From positions 1-41,661 of IMG/VR virus record IMGVR_UViG_3300005805_000166: DNA of 41,661 bases; one strand, given 5' to 3'. Each line of letters begins with the position of its first letter. Position 1 is the first letter of the stretch. Made by a program: the position numbers and the translations under genes. This document shows positions 1-9,998 of this stretch, one piece after another. The notes below the pieces were generated by a model, which saw only the letters and a program-made list of their open reading frames with translations, had not been told where the DNA came from and searched no databases. The stretch is from a virus (Duplodnaviria; Caudoviricetes).

Positions 1-2
1 AG

Positions 3-1058
3 AAAGCAGTAGAGTGGGCCAAAACTAGCGATGGCCTGATAATCTCACCCGCAGGCAGTGGCAAGACATGGATTGCCGCGAGCATCATCAAGCATTACGC
101 AACGCTGAATCCAGAGTGGACGTTTGGATGGACAGCACCAACCCGCGAGACATGTCAGCAAGCTAGAGTGTCTCTTCGCGTTGCTGGTGTGCCTGAAAGC
201 GTCGTCGATGTCCGATGTCCGCATGAGTCAGTGGACTTCAGTAAGAAGCAGCTTCTTGTAATCGACGAAGCAAAGCACAGCCCTGCTCGCGTTCTGAAAG
301 GCATCATCGAGTCGTGTAACGGCATGCGTTATGGCTTCGATGCTACGCCGTGGTGCGATGATCCAGAGCGTAACGCGGTGACTAAGATGCTATTCCGCAA
401 TCGCGCCTACGAAATCAATCGCAGCGACATCGGGGATTCATTGGCCGACGCTTACCTCGAAGTCAGCGATGCCACCGATCTGAACATCAAGCAAAAGATC
501 GATGACAACATCGACCGTCTCTTCAATGCAAGGCGCAGGTACATGCGGATAAGTGACGAAGAATTGAAGCGCATGTGTGCATGGGAATCACTCGTTGAAA
601 TCGGCATCTGCGAGAATCGCGAACGCAATGAGTCGGCCATCCAATACGCACTAGAACACGGCGACATGCAGACACTCATTCTCATTCCGCGCATCGTTCT
701 CGGTGAGCAGTACGAGAAGCGCATTCCTAACTCTCGACTCGTTCATTCCAAGATCGGCAAGAAGCAGCGCAAGGAAGCGATGGAAGAATTCAAGTCTGGC
801 AAGCTGCGGACTATGATTGCCACATCATTGGCCGACGAAGGACTCGATCTTCCCAATGTCGAACTGCTCATCATGGTGAGCGGCGGAAGGTCGTCGCAGA
901 AGACGATTCAGCGAGCGAGTCGAGCATTACGCAAAACAGAAACCAAAAACTGTGCGACAATCATGGACTTCTCTGACAAGTTCCATCCCATCGGAGCGTA
1001 CCATTCGAAAAAGCGGATGGCATGCTACCGAGAGCTAGGTTGCGTATTTTTACAATGA
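3..1058 (+). CDS. SF2 DNA helicase (5'-truncated)
   Basis: Frame open from base 3 with Walker A SPAGSGKT upstream of the track start; DEAKH, ATP motif III, EGLDLP, QRASRALR. Confidence 0.92.
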   Translation, partial: KAVEWAKTSDGLIISPAGSGKTWIAASIIKHYATLNPEWTFGWTAPTRETCQQARVSLRVAGVPESVVDVRCPHESVDFSKKQLLVIDEAKHSPARVLKGIIESCNGMRYGFDATPWCDDPERNAVTKMLFRNRAYEINRSDIGDSLADAYLEVSDATDLNIKQKIDDNIDRLFNARRRYMRISDEELKRMCAWESLVEIGICENRERNESAIQYALEHGDMQTLILIPRIVLGEQYEKRIPNSRLVHSKIGKKQRKEAMEEFKSGKLRTMIATSLADEGLDLPNVELLIMVSGGRSSQKTIQRASRALRKTETKNCATIMDFSDKFHPIGAYHSKKRMACYRELGCVFLQ

Positions 1059-1411
1059 GTGCATCAACGACATCGAACGAAACAGCCACGCCTACGGAGA
1101 ACGTAGTTTATCTCATCGGAGAACTACGAGGCATCAGCCGCCAAACGGAAACCAAGAGCGGAGCATTGATGGTGCGACGTGTTATCTCAATCGCTCGTCA
1201 TTGGACCGATAATGATGGCCGATTCCATGAAGACTATGATGAGTTTGAGTTGTCGAGCTGGGGACAGGTGGCTGAGAAGATAATGGAAGTCGGCAGTGGC
1301 GCGCTGGTTCGCATCAAAGGCCGAGTGAAAGTTGAGAAGTGGAGTGAAGGTGGCGACACGAAAAGTGCGGTTCGAATCGCTGCGGAACAAGTTACCGTGC
1401 TATGTTACTGA
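1055..1411 (+). CDS. ssb: Single-stranded DNA-binding protein (no acidic tail)
   Basis: NVVYLIG...WGQVAE...GALVRIKGR OB-fold pattern; ATGA overlap with helicase stop. Confidence 0.85.
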   Translation: MSASTTSNETATPTENVVYLIGELRGISRQTETKSGALMVRRVISIARHWTDNDGRFHEDYDEFELSSWGQVAEKIMEVGSGALVRIKGRVKVEKWSEGGDTKSAVRIAAEQVTVLCY

Positions 1412-1420
1412 GATGAGAGA

Positions 1421-1882
1421 ATGAAAAATAATAAACCAATCGTAGCTGTTGACCCTGGTGTCAGCGGTGGATTCGCGGTCAACACGCCGGACGGAATAGT
1501 CCTGCTGTCGATGCCAGAATCGCTGCCTGAAATCTGCGGTCTTGTTAATCAACTAAAGACGGCCAATGCAGAGTTGTGGATTGAGGAACTTCCTCTGTTC
1601 GTTTCTCCCATGACGAAAAGCTCCTCAATGGCCGTGCTTCACAGAAACCTCGGTCGCGTTGAAGCTGCTGCCTACGCATACGGATACGCTCTTCACAGAG
1701 CAGCTCCAAAAGTGTGGCAGGCTCCTCTAGGACTGGGCGGAAAAGCATCGTGCAAAGATCATGCGGAATGGAAGAGAAAGCTCAAGGCAAAGGCGCAGGA
1801 GTTGTATCCACACCTAGACGTGACATTGAAGAATTGCGACGCACTTCTGATCCTTCATTTTGCCCTAGGAGGTGGAAGGTAA
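1421..1882 (+). CDS. RuvC-like Holliday junction resolvase
   Basis: VAVDPGVSGG, WIEE, PKVWQ, DALLI motifs. Confidence 0.85.
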   Translation: MKNNKPIVAVDPGVSGGFAVNTPDGIVLLSMPESLPEICGLVNQLKTANAELWIEELPLFVSPMTKSSSMAVLHRNLGRVEAAAYAYGYALHRAAPKVWQAPLGLGGKASCKDHAEWKRKLKAKAQELYPHLDVTLKNCDALLILHFALGGGR

Positions 1883-1998
1883 TGAGACGCGCCAATCGTC
1901 CTCCATCAAAGGATGAACTCAAAGAGTTGCTCGTCGCAGCGTTCGCCGCTGGCGTGGTAATCACCGCAGCTTACTTCATGCTCTTCATCGTAAAATGA
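1882..1998 (+). CDS. Small membrane protein (38 aa)
   Basis: TAATG coupling; one hydrophobic helix LLVAAFAAGVVITAAYFMLFIV. Confidence 0.6.
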   Translation: MRRANRPPSKDELKELLVAAFAAGVVITAAYFMLFIVK

Positions 1999-2189
1999 GC
2001 GAGTACACGAAACCTTTGTCCGAGGAAACGGACGTCGAAACTTTGCGAGCGGCCATCGCGGAGTACCAATGGTTGGCCAAGATATTGTTCAAATCTTTGG
2101 GGTGCGGTTGCAATGGAGGTCAGGACCTCTGCTGGAATTGCACCCAAGCTGAGCGACACTACAAACACACAATCGAGATATACAAATAA
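1995..2189 (+). CDS. Hypothetical protein, CxC..CxxC
   Basis: ATGA overlap; four Cys. Confidence 0.65.
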   Translation: MSEYTKPLSEETDVETLRAAIAEYQWLAKILFKSLGCGCNGGQDLCWNCTQAERHYKHTIEIYK

Positions 2190-2386
2190 TGAACTCAAAC
2201 AAACAGGCTACATTTCGGGTTGCAGATGCAGATGAGTCTACGTCAAAAATAGACTTCAGGTACTTCGACCGTAAGTACAAGGAATGGCTTATCCGCCGTG
2301 GATTCGCCGATGAACTTGGCAATCCCCTTGGGATGCGCCACTCAAACGTACGCCGTGCAAAATCAATCAAATCCGATGAACTCTGA
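2189..2386 (+). CDS. Hypothetical protein
   Basis: TAATG coupling in operon. Confidence 0.6.
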   Translation: MNSNKQATFRVADADESTSKIDFRYFDRKYKEWLIRRGFADELGNPLGMRHSNVRRAKSIKSDEL

Positions 2387-2576
2387 AATCTCCAGACAAC
2401 AACTGTTGAAGGAAGCACCGCAACTGATCGAGTATGCGATTCTTCGCGGTTGGATCAGCAAGCCAAAGCCGAAGATAAATCTCGACGGAGTCTGGCATGC
2501 CGATGGGGCCGGACATCTCGACAACGCTTCTGAAGATGAAATACAAAAACTCCGGGAACAGTTCAATCCAGGTTGA
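2376..2576 (+). CDS. Hypothetical protein
   Basis: Tiles operon; internal ATG (MNSEIS) chosen. Confidence 0.55.
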   Translation: MNSEISRQQLLKEAPQLIEYAILRGWISKPKPKINLDGVWHADGAGHLDNASEDEIQKLREQFNPG

Positions 2577-2721
2577 TGTTATCTGCGATGACGTAGAGAT
2601 ACGGATCGGAGAAACGAAATGGTCGGGTATAATCTATACCCGCGAGGGCAAGTCGAAGGTGTACGTTCGAACTAAGGCTGAGTTTAAGGCCAAGTTCGTT
2701 CCGATAGATGAGAAGCCCTAA
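2536..2721 (+). CDS. Hypothetical protein
   Basis: MKYKN..IIY..VYVR...EF..KF pattern resembling DUF1653-type small phage proteins. Confidence 0.6.
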   Translation: MKYKNSGNSSIQVDVICDDVEIRIGETKWSGIIYTREGKSKVYVRTKAEFKAKFVPIDEKP

Positions 2722-2932
2722 CCTTTACATTGGCGCACAAGAGCAGCTCTTTGCGAAGTTCCAGTCTCGTTCCATTGCCATCCAGCACTGGAGCAAGTAC
2801 CTGATGACTCCCAAAGAGCTTGCTCTCCTTTTCAGAAAGTTAGAGAAATCAAATTCAGTCCTCTCCGAAATCGCCAAGACTGACCTTGGGCGAAGTGGAG
2901 AGTTAGCGAGAAAACAACTTGGAATCGAATGA
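2708..2932 (+). CDS. Hypothetical protein
   Basis: Tiles operon, ATGA overlap with next gene. Confidence 0.6.
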   Translation: MRSPNLYIGAQEQLFAKFQSRSIAIQHWSKYLMTPKELALLFRKLEKSNSVLSEIAKTDLGRSGELARKQLGIE

Positions 2933-4752
2933 ATCAATCAAAGATCGACCGTGCGCGTGCGTGGGTTAGAAGCACCCCAGGAGCCGTCGCAGGTCAAAAT
3001 GGACATGGAAGTACCTTCGCTGTAGCAACCGCGCTCATACACGGTTTTGAGCTGAATGCGGGGGATGCTGCGATGCTCCTCGATGAGTACAACCAGAAAT
3101 GCCTGCCACCGTGGAAGCCGAATGAACTGGCCCACAAATTGAATCAGGCGTCAGTTGTCTCGCATGACAAGCCGCGTGGATGGTTGCTGTCCGCTCAAAG
3201 CGGAACGCCAGTGTCGGCCACCGGCAAGTTCGTGGTTCATAAGATTCAGGCAATCCCGGAGCCAGCATCCAGATTTACGACCATCGACTTCCTGAAAGCC
3301 TGTTTCGAACAGGATGAAGTTGTCTGCATCTGCAACGACATCATCTGCGATGAGGAGGGCAAAGGTAGGCCAGCGTCCAAGGGTACGTTCCTCAAGCGCG
3401 ACGAATGGATTGATAAGCATTTCACACCGCCCATCAGCTCGATGTGGACGAGCAATGAGAGCCGTGGCGCTTATGTCCGCATCAATCCGTGTCTCGATGA
3501 GACTGGATCGGATTCAGGCGTAGCAGCGTTCCGCCATGTCCTCGTTGAGATGGATGAGAAGACTAAGGACGAGCAATGGACGATTCTCAAGGAGTCGAAG
3601 CTGCCAATATCGGTCGTCATTGATTCTGGTGGAAAGAGTTTGCACGGATGGGTGCGTGTGGATGCGGCGAACAAAGAGGAATGGGGAGAGCGTCGTGATG
3701 TCGTTTATCGCCACCTTGAAGCTCTAGGAATCGATCCTAAGAACAAGAATGCGAGCAGGTTCAGTCGTTTGGCTGGCGTGATGCGCGATGGCAAGGAGCA
3801 GAAGCTGTTGGCCATCCATGTCGGGTCGGTAAATTGGGATGCCTTCACGGACTATCTTGAGTCGCAGGACATGCCTCAGGAGTTCTCGCTCGACAGCATC
3901 ATCGAGTACGATCCTAAGAATGATCCTGATAATCTGATCGGTGACAGGTGGTTGCGACGCGGATCATCGCTTCTATTCGTTGGTCAGAGCGGATGCGGCA
4001 AAAGCTCGATGGCTGCGTATCAGGGAATGAAGTGGGCATCCGGCGAAGCGTGGTTTGGTGTGAAGCCAGTTCGTGCGCTGAAGGTGGCCTACATCCAAGC
4101 TGAGAACGACATTGCCGATCAGCATGATGCGCTGAAAGGAGCTGCTGAGATGACGTTCGGTAAGGAGAATTGGGAGCGAGGGTTGCGAAACGCGGACATG
4201 CTCTTCTTCCGAGAAACGGTTCGAACAGGATCAGACTTTGCGACAATGCTTAGGCGTCTCGTTCGCAAGACCAAGGCTGACGTCGTTTACATCGATCCAC
4301 TGCTCTCCTACATGGGCGGCAATCCTGCGGACATCGAGGTCTGCGCGAACTTCACTCGCCATCTGCTCCAGCCGATAATGATGGAGACAGGAGTTGTCCT
4401 GGTACTCGTCCATCATTTCCCCAAGCCGAAGGGTAAGGATGACAAGCCGGAGAGCGTGGCAGATTTGGCCTACTCAGGATTCGGATCGTCCGATCTGACG
4501 AACTGGGCGAGAGAGGTGATTGTGATGAAGGAGGTAGGCTTCAACAATCCGCGCAAGTTCATGCTCGGCATGGCGAAACGGGCTGACCGTTCCGGCATGA
4601 CGGACAAAGAAGGAAAAGTCACCGGATCGATTATGATCCAGCGTGGGTCGAACGGCGACATCTCATGGAACTACGCGGAGCCTGAGAAGTTCGTCGTCGA
4701 TAAGGAGTCGGCTAAAAAGCCGTACTCCAAGGGAAAATACCCTAGGCGTTAG
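2929..4752 (+). CDS. Primase-helicase (PriCT-like N-term, AEP/RepB-like primase, AAA_25/RepA-like helicase)
   Basis: YNQKCLPPW..EL..K; VLVEMD, SGGKSLHGW, SRFSRLAG; GQSGCGKS, YIQAEN, VVYIDPL, LVHH..K. Confidence 0.88.
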   Translation: MNQSKIDRARAWVRSTPGAVAGQNGHGSTFAVATALIHGFELNAGDAAMLLDEYNQKCLPPWKPNELAHKLNQASVVSHDKPRGWLLSAQSGTPVSATGKFVVHKIQAIPEPASRFTTIDFLKACFEQDEVVCICNDIICDEEGKGRPASKGTFLKRDEWIDKHFTPPISSMWTSNESRGAYVRINPCLDETGSDSGVAAFRHVLVEMDEKTKDEQWTILKESKLPISVVIDSGGKSLHGWVRVDAANKEEWGERRDVVYRHLEALGIDPKNKNASRFSRLAGVMRDGKEQKLLAIHVGSVNWDAFTDYLESQDMPQEFSLDSIIEYDPKNDPDNLIGDRWLRRGSSLLFVGQSGCGKSSMAAYQGMKWASGEAWFGVKPVRALKVAYIQAENDIADQHDALKGAAEMTFGKENWERGLRNADMLFFRETVRTGSDFATMLRRLVRKTKADVVYIDPLLSYMGGNPADIEVCANFTRHLLQPIMMETGVVLVLVHHFPKPKGKDDKPESVADLAYSGFGSSDLTNWAREVIVMKEVGFNNPRKFMLGMAKRADRSGMTDKEGKVTGSIMIQRGSNGDISWNYAEPEKFVVDKESAKKPYSKGKYPRR

Positions 4753-4930
4753 CCTTCTCACGCATAGCGCGGCGACGCCCTTTGGCGGCAAGCGATTGGA
4801 ACTTCGCCTTACCGAGCTTCTTGCGGCCAATGTAGGCGGCCAAAGCAGCAGGATCTTTCACACCCTTCTTCTCAAGGCTACCAATGAGCTTTTCGTAACG
4901 TCCGCCACCGCCAAGTTTCATCTTGTCCAT
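4742..4930 (-). CDS. Small highly basic protein
   Basis: ALAAYIGRKKLG motif seen in small phage late proteins; last gene of tail operon. Confidence 0.7.
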   Translation of the reverse strand: MDKMKLGGGGRYEKLIGSLEKKGVKDPAALAAYIGRKKLGKAKFQSLAAKGRRRAMREKANA

Positions 4931-4934
4931 AAAA

Positions 4935-5246
4935 TCAAATAGAGGTTGAGGTTAAAACCGACAGAACAATCGCAAAAATCCACGCAGCGCATGACCAGAA
5001 CTTAGGCGTCGTCTTGTCCTTCGCTGTCGCGCAGTTATGCCGCGCACGGAAATTCTTACGACGCTCAGGATTCGACTTCTTGATCGTCATGTCAGGATCG
5101 CCGAATCGAACGATGATAACCTTGCCAGCCGGATTCTTAACGTACACCGCGCTCTTTTTCCGTTCGCCCGGAGTGTAGAACGGCTTGTTGAGCGTCACCT
5201 TCTTGCCATGATAGGTATTACCTTTTTTGGAGAGGGAGGTTTTCAT
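4935..5246 (-). CDS. Basic conserved phage protein (DUF6321-like)
   Basis: VRFGDPDM.IKKSNPERRKNFRARHNC...WSC motif. Confidence 0.75.
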   Translation of the reverse strand: MKTSLSKKGNTYHGKKVTLNKPFYTPGERKKSAVYVKNPAGKVIIVRFGDPDMTIKKSNPERRKNFRARHNCATAKDKTTPKFWSCAAWIFAIVLSVLTSTSI

Positions 5247-7723
5247 TCGCCAGACATCACTTCGTTGACAGTCAGTTTTCTGATGATCATCGGAATGTCG
5301 TTGTTCAGCATTTTCGTCTCAGCATTGGTAAGCTGATCGAATGGCTTGATGACGACAGATCGATAGTTCGGATTGTCCAAAAGAAACCCGACAATCTTTG
5401 ACTGGAGCTTTTCAGTCCACCTATATGCTCTTTCGCCACCTGCAACTCCAAAGAATGGGCCAGCGGCTGACGCGCCTTTGGCAAACGCCGTGGCTCCAGC
5501 GATTCCTGGGAGTAATTTTGAAATAAGCGACGTCTTATTTTTCTCTGCAATCTCAAGCGCTTTTGCGATTTCGTCGATTTTGGTTTTTCCGGAAGTTCCA
5601 AAAACTCCATCCAAAGCGTTTTGCCACGACTCCGCAGATTGGGTGAATGACTTTGCTGTGATTGGGCCTTTCTTGCTCGCTTCGCTGACAATCTGGGATA
5701 GCAATGCATTCTGAGTGTCAGCCAAAGTCTCTGCACTCAGCGCATTTTTAACCTTTGTCACGTTTTCTTTGGAGTTGTTCAAAAACTCAAGAACAACATT
5801 TGGAGAAGCGATTATGGACTCACCTTTTCCATAAGCAGCTTTTCTGAAATCCTCAGCAAAACCTTTTGATGATGCTTCCCAAGCAGCTCTCGCTTGTTTA
5901 ATCCCATCCATTGTTACGCTTGGAAAGAACTCGTTAACAACTTCTTTTTGGATTCCATTCCAACCATTTGAAAGTGCGCCTTCAAGGTTATCCAAAAACT
6001 TGATTTGACCACCAGTGTTAAGATTATTGTAGATTGTATTTCCAATTTTCGACTTAACTGCATCGTAGTCTTCGTCCAGAATCTTTTTTAACTGCTGAAG
6101 TTTTGCTGGACCATCAGAACCGCCAAGCGTCTTTATAATGGATGACCAAGATCCACTTTGTTCTCCAATATCTTTAATTATTCCCTTTGAAAAAGTGGTA
6201 TTGTAATCCTCCATGAACCCCTTAAAGCGATTCTTTAAGTCTTTGAAATCTTTGGGCAATGTATCTTTTGGATACTTTTTTTCAAATTGACCAAACGCAG
6301 TTTCGAATTTTTCTTTAGCGGTTTGATATGCAGCCCATTGATCGCCAGTTCCAGCCTTAACGGGTTCACCCCATTTAATAGCTTTGGCTGCTGCCTGCTG
6401 CTCTTCCCACAAATCATTCAAACTCTTTCCAACTTCAGGTTCAGGAGGTCCATATAGATCTTTTCCTTTTGCTGGAGTTTTATCGTAATCTTTTGCCTGA
6501 AAACGAGGATCTTCTCTGAAAGCGTCAAACTCTTTTGAAAACGCTTCGTTTTTTCGTTTGTAAACAGCTTTCGCTACGTTTTTAACAGCGCCGACAGCAT
6601 CGCCAAGTGTCAACGACTCCATCTTGTCGTAATCGTTGGCCAACTTGCTGAACGTAGCAGTTGTTTCGTCGTCTAGTTTTCCGAAGATTTTTTCAACGTC
6701 AGCAATGGCTGCATCAGCAAACTCTTGTCCAGACTTAGTCGAGTTTTGTTTGAAAGACTCAGCAAGAACGTCCTTCACTTGATTTTCATCAGCTCGATAT
6801 GCTCTAGCCAATTTTCCGGCCAGTTCACCTTCTTTCTCAGTGATATTCTTTTGAAATTGATCGTAAAAAGGTCTGTTTAGTTCTCCAAGAAAACTACCTT
6901 CAGCTCCTTTGTATTTGCGATATCCTGCACCGATAACATTTCCAAGAAGACTTCCAGCAGTTTCACCAAGTGCATAATCTTTGGCAGATTCAAGAATGTT
7001 ATTTAAAGCATTTTTATCCCATTCATCACCAGCAACTGCTGTTCTTGCAACCTCGCCAGCAACGCCGCGCATTGCCCCTTGAATCGGAACTTTTGCGGCA
7101 GCACTCAAAAGCGTCTGTCCTGTTTCAAAAAGGTTTCTCCTAATCGGTCCTGGCAGAATTTTGGCAGCTCCACCACCCAAGGAAGTGATAGCCTCTTTTG
7201 CGGCCGCTGCCGCAATCTTTCGAGGCTCGGTTTCTCCGGTCATTAACTGATAAGCGGTTTCTCCAATCGCTTGACCAATGGGAAGCGGAACTCCAGCAGC
7301 TTGAAGGGCCGGTCCTGCTGCGTAGCGAGGAAGTTTTGCAAGCGTCTCTGTTGCTCTTTGCTTTTCTTGCTCAGAAAGCGCAACGCTTGGAGGAGCAGTC
7401 ATAACGCCGGGACGCTGGAAATACGGCGTCACATACTGACCATACTCACCCTGAACAGCCTTTTGCTCTCCTATCTTACCGGCATCATCTACAGCCGTCT
7501 GAAGCTGCTGCGAAGAACCAGCCTGAAACATGCTTGCGTAAGGATCAGCACCAGTCCTTTGCGGAGCCTTATACTGCGAGGACATCTCCGAAACGGTATC
7601 TGGAGTCTGTGTCGTAGGAATGTTTTTAAAAATCTCCTCAAGCTCCTGCTCACTAGGCGGAGAATCTCCAGTCAGATCAACTGTTCTTCCAGAAGAAGGA
7701 TCTGTAATGCTGTAGGTTGGCAT
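5243..7723 (-). CDS. Large internal virion/ejection protein
   Basis: 826 aa, Ala/Gly/Lys-rich helical, third of three genes after the tail genes. Confidence 0.65.
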   Translation of the reverse strand: MPTYSITDPSSGRTVDLTGDSPPSEQELEEIFKNIPTTQTPDTVSEMSSQYKAPQRTGADPYASMFQAGSSQQLQTAVDDAGKIGEQKAVQGEYGQYVTPYFQRPGVMTAPPSVALSEQEKQRATETLAKLPRYAAGPALQAAGVPLPIGQAIGETAYQLMTGETEPRKIAAAAAKEAITSLGGGAAKILPGPIRRNLFETGQTLLSAAAKVPIQGAMRGVAGEVARTAVAGDEWDKNALNNILESAKDYALGETAGSLLGNVIGAGYRKYKGAEGSFLGELNRPFYDQFQKNITEKEGELAGKLARAYRADENQVKDVLAESFKQNSTKSGQEFADAAIADVEKIFGKLDDETTATFSKLANDYDKMESLTLGDAVGAVKNVAKAVYKRKNEAFSKEFDAFREDPRFQAKDYDKTPAKGKDLYGPPEPEVGKSLNDLWEEQQAAAKAIKWGEPVKAGTGDQWAAYQTAKEKFETAFGQFEKKYPKDTLPKDFKDLKNRFKGFMEDYNTTFSKGIIKDIGEQSGSWSSIIKTLGGSDGPAKLQQLKKILDEDYDAVKSKIGNTIYNNLNTGGQIKFLDNLEGALSNGWNGIQKEVVNEFFPSVTMDGIKQARAAWEASSKGFAEDFRKAAYGKGESIIASPNVVLEFLNNSKENVTKVKNALSAETLADTQNALLSQIVSEASKKGPITAKSFTQSAESWQNALDGVFGTSGKTKIDEIAKALEIAEKNKTSLISKLLPGIAGATAFAKGASAAGPFFGVAGGERAYRWTEKLQSKIVGFLLDNPNYRSVVIKPFDQLTNAETKMLNNDIPMIIRKLTVNEVMSGE

Positions 7724-7727
7724 TTGA

Positions 7728-9167
7728 TTATTTGCGAACAGTTACACCAAAGCGTCCAATTTTTAACGGCTGTTCAGCGGATAAAGCTGAATTCACTTGC
7801 GGAGCGTTTTGCCTGATGTTTTTAAAAACATCTTGAGGAGACACTGGCTGCTCAGCCGGTGGTAATGATTGACCATCTTGCCTCTGACCTGAAACAAAAA
7901 TTTCAGGAGCATGACTCCTCTTGATATCAATTGGAATGTCCGCGTTGAACTTGTAGTTTGAAATAGTTCGCTTCAAACCGCTCTTCAAATTGTCGTTAAA
8001 CCCTCCAATCAAAACGAGATAATCATTTCCTCTCGTAGTTCCGACAATAGATTCCATATCTTTTTGCTCATTTGGATTGAGTGTTTGCCCAAATACACCT
8101 TTTCGATAATCTTGAACAACTTGTGCAATTTGTTGCTGAATAGTTCTGGCGGTTTGTTTTTCTGCTGAGGTCAGTCCTTTGAACTTTCCTTCAGCTCTAA
8201 AAATAGGCTCGTCAACAGGTCCGACATACTCGTTAAAAGCGTTTGCTCCATACCTTGCGTTAAACGCGTTGATTTTTTGAAGCGCATTGTCCAACTGATA
8301 AGTTGCGCTATCTGATGCAGTAATTGAATCAACAACCTTAGGAGGAGTCTTTAAGTTTGACCGAATTGCCCTGCTAGCAGTGGCAACATCGGCTTTGTTG
8401 TTTGGATCAAGAAGACCCTCATCAACAAGATCCTTAATGTTTTTTTGAGTTCTCTGTTCGACAACTCCACCTTCAGTTCTAGCTGTCGGCAAAAGTTCCT
8501 CATACTCCTGAGGAGTAATTGCGCCAGAATCAAGCTGAGCTTTTAACCCTTCTCTTGTGTTCCTCTGTCCTGCAAGCGCGATTGTTGAAAGTTTTTTCAA
8601 TCTAGCCTGCTCTTGTCTTAATGGAGCGGAAGCATCAAAGATTGCTTTTCTAAACTCAGGGTTTATTTGCTGAGTTTTTGGATCAAGTCCACCATTGTAC
8701 TGAAGGGGAATATCGCTTTTCCCGTTTTCATTAAGAAAATCAATTTCCTTATTTAGAACTGCCATTTGTGAGGCATTTGCCTTTTCAACGAGAAACCGAT
8801 TCTGAGCCATCGGCAATGACTGAAGAACTGGCCCACTCATGTCGCCAAGCATCTTAAGACCAGTCGCACTCTGAAGATCGGAAGGAGGAGCAGGAAATGG
8901 CTGAGTCGGATCGCCTTTGGCGTTCCATTGAACATATGCTGATTGCCACTGTTGAATCTTTGGAAGATCGGCGGAAAACTTTGCGCGTTCGGAAATTCCG
9001 CTGGCGAGGTCGTTTTCCCGAATCTTGTTCTGAAGCTCCATTCCTTGGCGTTGCAGCAAAGACTCAGCCGTCTGCATCTGCAACTGCTCCATCATCCGCT
9101 TCTGCGTCTGCGCGCGGTCGTAGAGGCTTGCGCCTAGCTCAAATGCTTTAAGAGTTTCGTCGGCCAT
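7728..9167 (-). CDS. Internal virion/ejection protein
   Basis: Gln-rich helical; synteny. Confidence 0.62.
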   Translation of the reverse strand: MADETLKAFELGASLYDRAQTQKRMMEQLQMQTAESLLQRQGMELQNKIRENDLASGISERAKFSADLPKIQQWQSAYVQWNAKGDPTQPFPAPPSDLQSATGLKMLGDMSGPVLQSLPMAQNRFLVEKANASQMAVLNKEIDFLNENGKSDIPLQYNGGLDPKTQQINPEFRKAIFDASAPLRQEQARLKKLSTIALAGQRNTREGLKAQLDSGAITPQEYEELLPTARTEGGVVEQRTQKNIKDLVDEGLLDPNNKADVATASRAIRSNLKTPPKVVDSITASDSATYQLDNALQKINAFNARYGANAFNEYVGPVDEPIFRAEGKFKGLTSAEKQTARTIQQQIAQVVQDYRKGVFGQTLNPNEQKDMESIVGTTRGNDYLVLIGGFNDNLKSGLKRTISNYKFNADIPIDIKRSHAPEIFVSGQRQDGQSLPPAEQPVSPQDVFKNIRQNAPQVNSALSAEQPLKIGRFGVTVRK

Positions 9168-9170
9168 AAA

Positions 9171-9995
9171 TTAAGGTCCAAAATTGGTTGCCCCAAATTG
9201 CGGGAACAAGTTTTGACTCTGATATGCAGGAGCAGCAGATGGAGTTGAAGTCCATGCACTGTAAGTTGATCCAGGGGTTGATGTAGAAGGTGTTGGTGCC
9301 ATCAACCCACGCTGAGTGTATGCTCCACCAGCGAATCCACCAGCAGATGAAATCGCGCTTCCAAATGCCGCCATCGTAGGATCAGGCATTGCGGCCACCT
9401 GAGCGGCTTGCAAGTCGCGATTGTACTGCGCTGATTGCTGGTTTTGCAAAGCATTCACACGCTGAGCAGGAGTGATAAACATGCTGCTGATTGAGAACGG
9501 TTGAGCCATTCCAAACGTGCGCTGCTGCTGGATGAAGTTCTGAGCTTGGGCAAGACCTTGATTCTGCAACTGCATTGATGTCAGACCCAAGTCACGAGCT
9601 GACAATGCTCGTCCCATCCCGCTTCCAGCTCCAAATCCACCTCCAAGCGCACGACCAGCGGCAGATCGTTGAAGCTGAGATTGAACGTCTTGAGAAACTT
9701 CTCCACGCAAAGCAGAGCCAATATTCTTTCCAGCCTGTTGAATCAACTGGTCATAACCGGGAATTGCGCGACGAAGCTGCTGCTCAAGCTGAGATTGCTC
9801 CGCAGCGGTCGTCTTCTGAGCGAGTTCGGTAGCAGGTTGAAGCGCCTCGATATTCTGCTGAATCGCCTGCTTTTGCTCAGCCTGAAAATCGATTGGCTTG
9901 AATGCCGGAACCTTCGGCTTGCTTCCCTTACTGAGAAGACCGCCAAGCAGACTCGTTCCACCGATGATTGCTGCACCACCTAGAATAACTCCCAT
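9171..9995 (-). CDS. Small ejection protein (T7 gp14/P22 gp7 position)
   Basis: Gly-rich hydrophobic N-terminus, Gln-rich body; synteny. Confidence 0.62.
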   Translation of the reverse strand: MGVILGGAAIIGGTSLLGGLLSKGSKPKVPAFKPIDFQAEQKQAIQQNIEALQPATELAQKTTAAEQSQLEQQLRRAIPGYDQLIQQAGKNIGSALRGEVSQDVQSQLQRSAAGRALGGGFGAGSGMGRALSARDLGLTSMQLQNQGLAQAQNFIQQQRTFGMAQPFSISSMFITPAQRVNALQNQQSAQYNRDLQAAQVAAMPDPTMAAFGSAISSAGGFAGGAYTQRGLMAPTPSTSTPGSTYSAWTSTPSAAPAYQSQNLFPQFGATNFGP

Positions 9996-9998
9996 AAA

